NCBI GenBank assembly: GCA_051294375.1
Contig: CM119265.1
Location: 12,513,866-12,577,865 of the forward strand
Direction: 5' to 3'
DNA: 64,000 bases
Origin: Paraspadella gotoi
Taxonomy: Eukaryota; Animalia; Chaetognatha
Below are positions 25,232 through 37,820 of this stretch, piece by piece. The notes beneath the pieces were generated by a model. That model was not told the origin of the DNA. It searched no databases and saw nothing but the letters and a program-made list of their open reading frames with translations. Position numbers and translations under genes: made by a program. Positions within the stretch are counted from its first letter, which is position 1. Every line of letters starts with the position of its first letter.

Positions 25232-27322
25232 AATCAATATTTTGTCTCTGTTGAAGTAAGTTTTGAGAGAGAGAAAGAGAGAGAGAGAGAGAGAAATTGA
25301 GGGAGAGTTTCCAACAAAGAATAAGTTAAGGGACAGTGCGTCAGATCTGAGGACAGCTGAAGGTGAGGAGAGGAAGAAGTAAGTCTTTGAAAAATGAAAT
25401 GAGAGTGGGAGAGGAGAGAGAGAGAGAGAGAGAGAGCAAAGCAAAATTTTTTAAACAATACATTTTAGCATGTACAACAGAGATAAAATGCATGAAATCT
25501 AAACATAAACTGAAATTAATGTTAACAATAGAAAATAATAAGTTAGTAGAATAAAGTGAAATTTGAAATAGAAAATAAGTGGTGAGGGATAGATAAGTGA
25601 AGAAAAGTGAAAGTAAGTAAAAGAAAGAGCTCAAAAATGAGCTGGCCCCCCCCGGCCGGGCAAATGGAGGACGTTGACGATAAAGTCGGGTCATTGGCCT
25701 GTCATAGGTTGCGAGGGTATACTTGTAGAGTTTGATATGCTTGGATCCGGCTAAGAGACTCCGCTTGGGAAAATGCCAAGTGCTACTCGTATATCCCTTT
25801 GGCCTGATAAGCCTGCGACAGCCCTCCTCTCACCTGACGCGTGAGGCAGGAGTTGCCTGTTCTGGCCTGTTTTTGCTACAGGAGATACAGACTCCTCTCC
25901 CCTCCTCCTGTAGCCGCTCGTTTTGGGCGACGCTCAGCGCGAGGAGAGTCGCGCCAAGTTGCTTACAGGTTTCAGGAAAGGTATCGGACGTCCATTGCCT
26001 GCTTGAAGATGGCCTCGCCTGATTCCGATTTGAGTCGCGGAACAGGGGACATCATTTGTGCGGTTGGGGTGGGCTCTGGAGCGTTCCACCACCATTTGAT
26101 TGAGCGAATCATAGTGTTAGTAATATTTAATTAGCCTCCAATTTAGTAATTAAACTTTCTTCAAATTTGTCTCTCTAATTTTCTCAGTTCCAAAGTTTCA
26201 TAGATTCCAGGAACTCAGCGCCTATTTTGTAAACATTTTGTCTAAGTAGAATAAACAAAGGAAGAGAGACGAGAGGGAGGCCGAGATTTTAGTGTATTCC
26301 ATTTTTCGGTTCCAAGGGATTAAGACGTATCATTTATCATGGTTTAATTACAATTTACAACTTGGGCAATCTACAATTATTTCAGGTAACTTCAAATACT
26401 AATTAGACAGATTATGCATAATCCAGCTCTCTATCCGTCATCTTTTGAGGGCCACAGACCACGTTACCAACATGGTGGCCAGCGTTGTTCGCTTAACGAC
26501 AGCTCGAAGTTATCTGTGCGTACGGATATTTGTTTTTGTCCGAGTTGATAAGGGGTAACATAAGATTTTCTTTTCTTTTCCCAATGAAACGAAATGCATT
26601 GTAAAGTGAAGAAATTTTTTTCTTAAAACGTTTAGTATATTTTTTTTTTTTTTGTTTTAGCCTCTCTGACATACGAACATGATTTATTGTAGAAAAAAAA
26701 AATAATTTTTTTGATATTGCTTACTCGATAACCAAAACTTAAACTAAAGTCAAATAAATAGATCACAACTTTCTTATTACGTCAAATATTTTTATTTTCA
26801 CGCCTCACTCGACGTCCAGTCAATCGATTTTTTCGACTTTTCTTTTCTTTATTCCTCACGCACGGATTATTTCTCGACATTCAACGATTCTTTCAAATTT
26901 TTGGCACTAATAGTAATGAGGATCAACCGATGAAATAGTTAAAACACTAAAGTTTTCGAATTTTGACTGGACATAAAAAGATTTTGCCCCTATAATAGAA
27001 GAATTAGTGTAAACGATGTGATCTATGTTTAACGAAATTCGACGTTTTGGTTAATTATTTATTTTTGCTCGGTTCCTATTTAAATTATTTTTCGGCATGA
27101 AATTTTTTCGTTTTTTATTTTGCACGGTGAAACGAACAATGTATTTGGGTAACAAAAATAGTAAGCACCGAGGGTTACAAAGCAATTGGAATTGGGTCGA
27201 ATAATGAGTTGAGACAGAATTTTTCCTTCCTTTAGGCGGGAGGGAAAGCGTACCTAAAGAAATAAAAAATTATCTGAGTAAACGAATTTTTACTATTTTC
27301 ACCAGGATCACAAGGAAAATCA

Positions 27323-28313
27323 ATGACAGATGAAAGGATTGCTATTGCTCTCTCCGATCGAATATATAAACGAATATGTCTTCTCGCGATGACTTGGATT
27401 CGTGGCCGACACAAAAAACTTGTGCGACACGCGATCGATGAAGAGGCAACGCGTCGCGAACTCATTGAAAATATCAGAGATGCTCGCGGGAGATATGACA
27501 TTTTGGGCGCGCCGACTTCGGAACTGTTAATGGATTTAAGCATTGTTCCGCATCCACCGCCGTAATTCAACGATGGAGAGCGAATGCCGCCGCCCTTGCG
27601 TTCTGCTTTCTCCGTTCGCAGCCTTTGCTGACACGACGAATGTTCCCTCCACTGCCGCAGCAACTGCAGCTGTTGCCTCCTCTGCCACCGAGACGAACAC
27701 CGACCGAAGCGTCACCTGGATGCAATGATTTGCTCCATCATTCGAATCCCGGAATACGACAACGACACGATGCATCAGGAAATTGGGCGTCGTGAGGGCG
27801 TGGCCGACGCCGAACGGAATCTTTTCGGAAAGGAATTTCAACGTCTTGGGGATTATCGAAAGCTTTCTGCGCTGCAGCAGCAGCCGCCGCCGCCGCCAGG
27901 ATTTGCTTCTCCTGTCGTAGACTCTGCCGCATCGAGAGCTCCAGCGCCCGGGTTCGATAGCACCACTTTCTTTTTAAATTTTATTTTATTTATTATTAGA
28001 GCGAATGGTGATGCTGTGATTGAATGGATGTCATTTAGTGAGGATTTTAATATCGATTTTTTCTGTGATGGTAAATGAATGTCCGAATTTATTAGGTGGT
28101 GATGTGAAGGCATTCAATGACATAGAAATAAAAGGTGAAAGTGTTACCATATTCCGTTCTCCAAGAGAAGCTAAATATAGTAGCTGGACAGACCGACTGA
28201 AAATCGAAAATCGAAATTTTTGTAAAACTTATGTTTTTGTCGACTCTAGAGTAGTTTCATACTGGCTTAGTATAGATATAACATTATTGTTCGTTTCATA
28301 CCATCGACTTTAA
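27323..28313 (+). pseudogene. Frameshifted 5' ORF of the LTR element (gag position, product unrecognised)
   Basis: Consecutive GC-richer protein-like ORFs at 27323-27565, 27543-27728, 27725-28078 and 28020-28313 downstream of the PBS. Confidence 0.5.
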
Positions 28314-28663
28314 ATGCCGCTAATCAATTATCGAGAAAGTTTGGAACCGAGCGACGAAAATTCAAAAAATGTCAGAGGCTAAAAATATTTTTCGCGATAT
28401 TGTTATTAGAAATTCACAGGGTGAGGTTATCCCTAACAAAAACCTTTTCTCTGAGGAGAAAACGAAATGAAATGAATTTATTTTTGAAAGGGGGAAAAGA
28501 GGGTCCTTGGTAAAAATATCTAAAATATCTAAAATAAATTCAGATGAGTCAGAAATCTTCCCTTTAGAATCTTTTTGGGCCCTGGATCTGAAAGTGGAAT
28601 CCGCTGCACCTCAGGGGTTGAAACTCAAGAAGCAAACGAATCCGCCTGCAGGATGGCAGTGTA

Positions 28664-28800
28664 CCAAAGGTCAAAGGTTGCGAGAGGTATCCAAAGGTCA
28701 AAGGTTGTTGCGAGAGGTATTCAAAGGTCAAAGGTTGCGAGAGGTATCCAAAGGTCAAGGTTGTTGCGAGAGGTATTCAAAGGTAAGGTCTGCGAGAGGT
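28664..28800. repeat. 27-30-bp minisatellite inside the LTR element
   Basis: About 5 units of CGAGAGGTAT(C/T)CAAAGGTCAAAGGTTG(TTG). Confidence 0.85.
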
Positions 28801-29249
28801 TTAATTGTAATTGTTTTAATTGTAATTTAATTGTAATTGTGTAATTGTAATCGGAGCATTGCTCCTGCTGCTGTAATTGTATATCTCAACTAAATAATTC
28901 GAAAGAAAATGTACTATAAAAGTAACATCGACCGATGATTTATTAGCAAATAAACGCGAAACTTGAAATAAAAGAAAACGATTTCGAAAATATAGAATTG
29001 CCAAAGCTTTCGCAAATAGGGAGCGAAAGAATTCTCAAATTTCAAAACGACTTGACCGAGATAAAAAAGTGGAAATCTTGGATCACTGACGACGAATCTC
29101 GCCAATGAAGAGCGACGCTCTACAATTAGAGTCGCACGACTGAACGATTTTACGACATATTCGCTTTTTAAATAAATAGTCAGCAAATTATTTTTAGATT
29201 ATTTATCAAAGAAATTGGAAACGTAGATAAACTAATTTTAATAGATACT

Positions 29250-29900
29250 AAACAGCTGACCGAAATGACGGAAAAAGTACACCCCGAATATGGACATTGT
29301 AATTTTAATACTGTTTTTAAAATTATATCGACAATGTTACTATACACCAGGAATGCGACGACGAATTACTGACGCAATCAGAAACTGTCATGTTTGTGTG
29401 AGTGAAGAGAAACCATTGACAAAAAATGCCGTTCGCACGAGACAAATACTTTCTTTGCGATTTGCCTGGGTCCGATAGCAAACTCGAAAGGGTATAAATA
29501 TATATTATTAAAGTAGAGAATCTTTCTTAATACCGATAAAATCTACTTCGGCTGAAGATGTCGCTCATGCCTTTTTAAAGATATTCGAATCTCATGGAAT
29601 TTGGGATTGCGTTTCGATCGAAGGTAAATGTGTGACTCAACGAAAGTCGATCGAACTATTTTGAGAAAATTGGGAGTACAAGTACAACAAAAGTACGTAT
29701 GTCAGTAGACATCAACCGTACTCGAACAATTAATCAAATCTGTCTGATTCGAATTTTTAAATGGTTAGATAAGAACCCGACTTACGAAAGTGGTCCGACA
29801 TTTTGAAAAAAGTCGAACTCCCATAACATGAGTCCTTGCGTCTCGTTAGCGGGAAAGAGACCATTCCAGGTAACCCGGAAACACGCGATGAAGTTTTGGA
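29250..29900 (+). pseudogene. Degenerate retroviral-type integrase (HHCC zinc-binding region and start of core)
   Basis: KVHPEYGH ... YTPGMRRRITDAIRNCHVC ... SKGYKYIL ... KSTSAEDVAHAFLKIFESHG, with stops and frameshifts. Confidence 0.75.
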
Positions 29901-32309
29901 GAGAGTGGGAACCGAGATGTATAAAGTACAAAATATTATTGATAATACTTAAATATTACTGCCCATTTGTCAATTATTCGTTCTCATTTATCAAGGGAAC
30001 GGGCTAGGCAAGTCATTATTAAAATTAATGGGGATTAATATGCTAAATCGAATCGGTGAAAACATTTATAACTAAATGCTTCGCCGTATGACCGATCATT
30101 AAAAGTTTTTTTTGTTTTGTTTTACAGCGACTTACTTTCGCGGCTTACTTTATAGTCGCGGCTCTCATTTAACAAAAAAAACAAGCTAAACTAGTTTATT
30201 ATTAAATTTAATAGTAATTAATCCTAATTAATCAAATCGGTGTGAACATTAGTATATAATAATAAAGTGGAAGTGGTCGAGATAAAAATGGTGAACCAAA
30301 ATGAGATGAATCGGTTTATTGAAAATCAGAAAAGCGAATGGAATCGAATTGGCTAATTGCACAAAGTCGTATTGAATTTTATACGGCGAGAGAGGAGAAA
30401 AATTTGGTTTACATTTGTAAAGTAAATAATTCTAAAAAATACTTCCGATTGAACTGAGGGAGCAAAACAATTTCTTAGCGGGCATTGGAATTTTTAAAGA
30501 ATTCGACCGACGATTTAATTTTCTTTCTTACTAATAATAATAATCAGGAATCTCCACTATGCTTCACTATGCTTCACCGTATGACCGATATTTGATAATC
30601 ATTTTACTTACAGCATCTTACAGCAAAGATTGAAAGTAAACAGACTGCGGTGGATGGGCGGATGAGAAGAAAGAGAGAGAGAGAAAGAGTGAGAGAGAGA
30701 AGAGAGATCGGTCGGAAGTCGCCTCACTCGTTTTATTTCGATTTCTGGAGATACAATGCTAGCTAAAGTTTCTTAAACTAATTACAGATTTTGTTATTAA
30801 TTTAACTGAATTGTAAACAGAATTTATTATTGAAAATGTAATGTTGATCGAAGTCAACCAACCTGATAATGGTTTGACAAATTAGAAATATGAATATTAA
30901 TTATTTAGTTCAATTAATAATTAATTCGAATATTTATAGAACCTAATAAGACGGTGTTTACATTGAAATAACATTCGAATGGTTTACCTAAATTTTGAGT
31001 GATCTTCGATGTCCGCGATTTTGGTTTTTCGATTTGCGCTGAGGCGCGACCGGAGCAGATTACAGGGAACGGACAAAGTACAGGGAACGGACAAAGATAC
31101 TTTGAACTGGACGATCCTGAAATTTTTGCACCCTTTTACTTCAAAATAACCTGTTTGCACGAATCTGTTCGCACTCTTTCATTTCGATTTAAATTGATTT
31201 TTGCATGTTTCGGCACTGAATTAAATTTGCACCTTTCTCTTAACGACACAAACGACGACTTTGAAGGGCGACGATGCCAATGAGCAAATGCCAGACAGAC
31301 AATTGACAATGCAACAAGAACAACCAAGTAAAGTTTTTGAACTTAAATTAAAATTATGAAAACAATCAATTCTTATTGGAAATTGATGACTTAATTATAA
31401 TTTGCACACCTTTAAAGAGGAATGATAACCTGATCCGTTAAAACTTACCATTTTGGGGTTGGGAGCAGGAAGAGCAGGATGAGTTCTTCATATCGAGGAC
31501 CGATAAGATCGATTAAAATTGATTTGATGTTTTGAGAAAAGATATCGAAAAAATAGATTCAAGTGAGAGTGATTTTTTGGGGCCGTTAATAACTGCCACA
31601 TTTGCGTGAAAATGTTTGTTTGATGTTTGTTACCTATTGGTTCCCATTATATATACATATAATTAATTTTACATTTTAGTTCCGAACTGTTTGGCCGGCA
31701 GTTTTCGACTTATTTTCAAAACAATTTTATTTTTGTTACGTTTTCATATTAGATGCAGCGCAGATTTATTTTTGTCCTTAATTTACTTTTCCCCAATTTA
31801 GCTATATGTGAATCAATTGTAATACTGTTATAACAATTAAGATTATTTGTACTACTGCCTTACATGTGATCATTTGTACCCACTGTTTCGCTTACTCATC
31901 TATTTGCCATTTAACAAAATTTGTTTTGGGGGGGAGATGTTAGTAATATTTTAATTAGCCTCCAATTTAGTAATTAACTTTCTTTCAAAATTTTGTCTCT
32001 CTAAATTTTCTCAGTTCCAAAGTTTAATATTTCATAGATTCCCAGGAACTCAGCGCCTATTTTGTAAACATTTTGTCTAAGTAGAATAAACAAAGGAAGA
32101 GAGACGAGAGGGAGGCCGAGATTTTAGTGTATTCCATTTTTCGGTTCCAAGGGATTAAGACGTATCATTTATCATGGTTTAATTACAATTTACAACTTGG
32201 GCATCTACAATTATTTCAGGTAACTTCAAATACTAATTAGACAGATTATGCATAATCCAGCTCTCTATCCGTCATCTTTGAGGGCCACAGACCACGTTAC
32301 CAACAATAG

Positions 32310-32523
32310 CTTGGAGGGAGGTCGAATCGTCCTCCATCACGGTTCAGAGAGGGTTCGAGAGCTTTGATGTAGATTGCCTCTCTAATACCTCTAGAAACCA
32401 GTTTTGGTCATGGGACAGCACGAGACAGTCAGTTTCTCTGAACAGATGGCCAGAATTTGCCGTGTGCTCGGCAATGGCCGATAAGTAATGACCACGTGGT
32501 CCCGATATGGCTTTGTGTGCTGC
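32310..32523 (-). pseudogene. Penelope/Poseidon-type GIY-YIG endonuclease C-terminal fragment
   Basis: SAIAEHTANSGHLFRETDCLVLSHDQNWF/(frameshift)RGIREAIYIKALEPSLNRDGGRFDLPPS; the frame resumes (YDSL...) across the LTR insertion at ~26114. Confidence 0.88.
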
Positions 32524-32815
32524 TTAACAGTTAATTTCAGTTTATGTTTAGATTTCATGCATTTTATCTCTGTTGTACATTGCTAATGTATTGTTTAAAA
32601 ATTTTTGCTTTGCTCTCTCTCTCTCTCTCTCTCTCTCTCCACTCTCATTTCATTTTTCAAAGACTTACTTCTTCCCTCTCCTCACCTTCAGCTGTCCTCA
32701 GATCTGACCACTGTCCCTTAACTTATTCTTTGTTGGAAACTCTCCCTCAATTTCTCTCTCTCTCTCTCTCTTTCTCTCTCTCAAAACTTACTTCAACAGA
32801 GACAAAATATTGATT

Positions 32816-32866
32816 GTCAAACACTGATAGAAGGCTCTAAAATGAATGAGCCGAAACATGTCTACT
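32816..32866 (+). ncRNA. Second hammerhead copy in the inverted pLTR (1-nt insertion in core)
   Basis: CTGATAGA-A-GGCTC-TAAAATGAAT-GAGCC-GAAACATGTC; the extra A may be a sequencing error. Confidence 0.6.
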
Positions 32867-33344
32867 AAATTGTGTCAAATAAATCGTTGTCAAACAAAAA
32901 CTGTTTTTTCCTAATACCTCAAAAACAACGAAAGGAGAGTATATACATAACCCACTTAATGAAAGAATTTTAAAAATGATTTATATTTTCTTTTATCAAC
33001 TTTTGACGAAGAATTCAAATCATCAATCAAAATTAAGAAAAGCCTATTTTGAAATTTTTCGTTTTATAAGGATAGTACTATATATAAATATAGCCTACTG
33101 CGAAAATTAAAAAACATAAAATTAATTTTTTTTATAAATTAATGTTCAGTGATGGTATGTTGTTCCTAATTGACTTTTAGAATTTTCGTATCTAACTTTC
33201 ACTACGCCTTAGTGGCTGGTCTTTGGGTCTGGCGAAAAATTCACTTTTCTTTTTGACAATCCCCATCACGACTGTCAGCGATGTCTCGATCAACTCTTTC
33301 TTTTAGTCAGAACTTCTCTCTTTTTCTTTCTTCCTCATTTCTTT

Positions 33345-33415
<71 letters not shown>

Positions 33416-33947
33416 TCTCCCGCAAACAATCACCCTTTCTCCCACCCCAACTTCCTGCCCCTCTTCTTCCTCATCCCCGCCCATATTCAACGTCACGTCC
33501 CGGTTGCGTCGGCGACGACGACGACGACGACGGACGAACTACGACGACGACGACGACGACGAAGACGACGACGACGATGACGACGAGGCAGGCGACGAAG
33601 CCGCAACTTCGTCGGAGACGGGCGAAGACGCCTATTTTTCTTATTCTTCTTTCAAGACTTTCTTTCCAAGTTTCTTTCCGAGTTTCTTTCCAAGTTTCTT
33701 TCCGGTTTGCTCACTTGGTCTGTTTTTGCCGTTTGCATTTTTCTCTTTCCTCGTGAGGCGGAGTTTTTTTTTCTTGCCAACCTTTTTTAGATTTTATTTG
33801 TTGACTCGTATTTCTTTTCTCTTTAAGCATTTCATTGTATCTGTCTTTCTTTTCTTTGTTTTCCTTTCTTTTTTGTTTGTTTCTTTGTTTCTTTGTTTCT
33901 TTGTTTCTTGCTTTCTTTGTTTCTTTGTTTTTTGTTTCTTTTTTTGT

Positions 33948-34038
<91 letters not shown>

Positions 34039-34817
34039 TATCTTTCTTTCCTTTCTTTCCTTCTTTCCTCCCATTTCCTTCAGTTTCGGTTCGACGCTTT
34101 GTTTGTATGCCATTGTATTTTTATCACCTCCCGCCATCCCTCTCCCGAACAGACCTTTCAAAATTCCCTTTCTATTTCACAACAGGTTTTTTCTCCTTCC
34201 TCCTTTTTCCCCTCCTTTCATCTCTAAAGAGAGGGCGGAGCGCGGATGTTAATGGCGTCGCGTCGACCCCAGTCTACTGCCCCCCCCCCACGACCCCACC
34301 CCTCTTCTCAGCCCGTTACCGTTTCCCATAACAACTTATAATAAAGGTCGGACGCGGTTTGCCGATTGGGTTCGCACGCGCGTGTACGACCAGCGACCCC
34401 GCGCATGCGCACGTGTTCCGTTCACCGCGCACCCCGGGGCTGAAGTTGAGCGAGAAAGTACAACGACACGGTAGGACTGGAGTCGAGCTCGTAGACGCGC
34501 GCGCGATTCCCGACCGAGACGCTGATTAGCGATGCCATCTGGGTGAGAGCGAGGAAAAAAACTGGGTCGGCTGTGGAAAGGGAAACGGAAGTGGAGGATG
34601 GAGGAAAAGGGAGAGATGAGGAATGCGGAGGAATGGGATGGAGGAAAGGAAATTAAATGAGTTAAGAAATTAAAAAATTGAAAAAATAAAGCTGATAAGT
34701 TATAAGTGATAAGTTATATTAGACGGAAAAGTAAGAAAAAATATTGTGGACGCTCTACAAATAAACATCGTTAAAAAATCATCCAAAAATGCTAATTTTT
34801 TTCTGAATTATTCTATG

Positions 34818-34852
<35 letters not shown>

Positions 34853-34877
34853 NNNNNNNNNNNNNNNNNNNNNNNNN
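34853..34877. other. Assembly gap within a (CT)n tract
   Basis: 25 N bases flanked by CT microsatellite. Confidence 0.99.
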
Positions 34878-34922
<45 letters not shown>

Positions 34923-37502
34923 CATAACATAGCTCTAAATCTCGTTAAAAAGGAAAGAAAATAATTAGGAAAACGAAAACGTCATTGTGGTGGAATCGAA
35001 TCTCGGTTAATTTTAAGAAAAAAGAGGGGAGAAGAAGAGGAGAGCAGAAAGAGGAAGAAGGAAGAGAGGAGAGAGAAAGAGAGAGAGAGAGACGAGAGAG
35101 ATGAAAGAGAAAGAGAGAGAGAGGAAAGAAAAAAATTTGAAGGTTGTCTATTGCCTATTATTAATCAATAAAGGTAGATAACGTATCTCGCTCACAATTC
35201 TCCCATAAATTAAAAACCAAAAAATTTCGGTTTTATAGGTCAAATTCATGTCGTTATTGACTTCAATAACGGTAAAACCTAAAATAATAAAAAAAAACGG
35301 TATATGATCCCATAAAAAATAAAAAGATTTTCATAACAGTCGTAAAGAAAGTCAAAATTCAAATAAACTGATATTTAACGTATTTTATCTCGTCAAATCT
35401 CTCTTTCAGAATAACACAATGATCTCTTCATAATTTTCAACACGGAAGATAACTCCAATGAAATGGGATAATATTAGATACGGAGGAATGACGAGGGGAA
35501 AAAAATGGGAGGAAAAACAGGACTGGTGGGATAATTTCAAGAGACTTTTGAAAACTCATTTGGCATGATTCCGAACACGGAACTGGCCGGCGAAGGAGGA
35601 AAAGGAGTGAAAATTTGGGACAGAGGAGTTGAAACACATTGTAACGTTCACGAGGGGGCCTATCGTGACTGGTTGGAAAGAGCTTTCACGGAATGTGGGT
35701 AAAGGAAGAAAGGGGAAGAGGAGTAAAGGAAGATGAAAAAAAAAAAAACACTGGAGAGGGAAAAGCGCGAAGGGCGAAGTTGTTACGGTTGGAAATAAAT
35801 AAAATTTAAATACACTATTAGAGGACGTATGTTTCATAACAAACTAAGACTATACACTTTTATTAAGTCATTACAGACAGTATTAAAAAATAAAGTGTTG
35901 AGCAAAGTTGCGACTGCGCAAAGAAGAAAACCGGAAGAGCTTTTATCCGGATATTCGAATATCGAATCGGTTTTTAAAGTTCTCGTTTTTCCCCGTTGGT
36001 TTGCATGAAGTTTGTTTATTTACATTTACTTACGATTTTCTTTTTCAAACTTAAGATATAACAAAATATCGAAGTTCTTTTTTAAACAGAAAAAGAAGCG
36101 AATCCCGTGATTGGATTTATTGTAATCACTGGAAAATTCGTATTTTTTTTTGTTCGAGCCGGTGTAATTGCTTCCGTTCAGTTTTTTTTTTTTCTCTTTT
36201 GTGGCTTTGCCTCTTTTATTAAAACGACCGGTACCGAAGTTTAACAAAATTTAATTGATGTTTCTCTCTGTTTCTTTTCATGTCGATAAAACCAAAGAGA
36301 TGATAGACATGTTATCTCCGCAAAAAACGATTCGATCACCGCAGAGATGATTATATCGAGTTTCGGCGTCGAGTACAACAACTTGAAAAAAAAAAAAAAA
36401 AAAACATTAAAAAATGACCCGATTTCGTCTTTCGAACGATTGAGTTCGAAAATTTATCTCGTGCTTAATTTAGTGCCGGCGTTAAGCGATAATTCCGGTG
36501 TAAGGAACAAGGCCTTTCGAAACGCGTTGCCGGAAGAAGAGAGAGAGAGAGACGAGGAAGAGAGAGGAGAGGAGAGAAGAGGAGAGAGAGAGACTGAGAG
36601 AGAGAGAGAAGAGGAAGAGAGAAAGAGAGAGAAAGAATAGGAGAGAACGACAGAAAAATGAGAAAACGTAGAAATCAAGGAGGCAATTACAAATCACTCC
36701 AGTTGCAGAAACGGCAGATGAGATTATGAGAGAGAAGAAAGAAGAGAGAGAAGGAGAGAGAGAGAGAGAGACAGAGAAGAGAGAAGAGAGAAGAGAGGAA
36801 GAGAGAGAGGAGAGAGAGGGGATCGAACGCAGACGCGATCCTCGGCGCTAGAGAAAAAAAAAAAAGTTTAAAAGATTCGTCGTTCTGAAGGTTCGATCGA
36901 TTCGGCGTGGAATCAGCAACCATACCGCAGCAACAAACAAACACAACAAAACACGTCTACAACTACAACCTCTATAACAGAAAGCGGCATAGCTACCCCC
37001 ATCTGCGCAACGAAAAGCCTCGCAGACACGATCGCTCGATGGATTCGAATGCCTCCTCAGGGGCGATTTGGGGAGCGGACGGCTTTGGAGATTGGAAATC
37101 CTGCTGACGGATTGTGAATCACGCTGGGGATGCGAATCTGACCTCGTAGAACAATCTGAATCAATGGGGATTCGATCATCTAATTATAACAAGTAAAATC
37201 CACAAACATGTTCTACAAAAATATAAATGACATACAGTGTTTTTTTTAAAAACTAATAAACTTATTTGACCATCTGTTTACTTGCTGGTAAACTCAAACA
37301 AAAATTACTTTTTTGTTCATTTAGAATAATTCATTCGTTGCTAAATTATTTAATATTCTTTTTTCCTCGTTTAATTCTTTCACTTTTTATTAGTTTTGTA
37401 TTTTTCCCCCTTTCTTTCTTTCGATTTTAATTTAAATTTATGTTTTAAGTACTGTTGTTTGTTTTCTTTATTCTTTATTATCATTCTTTTAATTAATATT
37501 AA

Positions 37503-37820
37503 ACACCTGAGGGCTCCACAGCAAAGAAGAAGGGAAAAATATCCCGGTCAACCAAACCGCACAAAAACCAATGTCTTCCCTCCGCTTGTGGATAAGGCGC
37601 TACGGCTGAAGATGACTGTCGTAAACTTCTAAACCCCCTCTAACAGCCATCTCCGGAACGGGTCCCTGGCTTGAACCAGGCGTTGAGGGTTGCCATTGCC
37701 CCCAAGGCGGCTTACTGGCCGTTCTCACGCCTTCCCGCAGGGCTAGGGTACCAGGTTGGATTGAACCTCGTACGTTAGTGTCAGAGCGATTGGCTTTACT
37801 CAATGAGCCACCGGGTCACC
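37503..37820 (-). mobile_element. tRNA-derived SINE
   Basis: Minus strand begins GGTGACCCGG-TGGCTCATTGAGT (A box) ... GGTTCAATCC (B box, 37758-37767), then a ~250-bp GC-rich body and an AT-rich tail. Confidence 0.7.

Larger units (their letters stand above)
26115..32305 (+). mobile_element. Non-autonomous Gypsy-like LTR retrotransposon
   Basis: Near-identical TG...CA LTRs at 26115-26472 and 31938-32305; 4-bp TSD ATAG; PBS TGGTGGC(C)AGCG (tRNA-Leu-like) at 26473; PPT GGGGGGGAGA before the 3' LTR; integrase remnant; no RT seen. Confidence 0.92.
25133..32947 (-). mobile_element. Truncated Penelope-like element (PLE) with inverted pLTRs, split by an LTR element
   Basis: Inverted ~390-bp repeats at 25133-25525 and 32524-32917; flanking direct repeat TAACCCACTTAATG (25119-25132, 32948-32961); GIY-YIG C-terminus; hammerhead motifs in both pLTRs. 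Confidence 0.88.
24773..33211. mobile_element. MITE-like DNA transposon (hAT-like ends), ~0.6 kb when nested inserts are removed
   Basis: 8-bp TSD GTGGCTGG (24765-24772, 33212-33219); termini TAAGGCGTAGT/ACTACGCCTTA; diverged ~270-bp TIRs (24773-25045 vs ~32950-33211). An 8-bp TSD and YARNG end fit hAT; no transposase is present. Confidence 0.8.
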
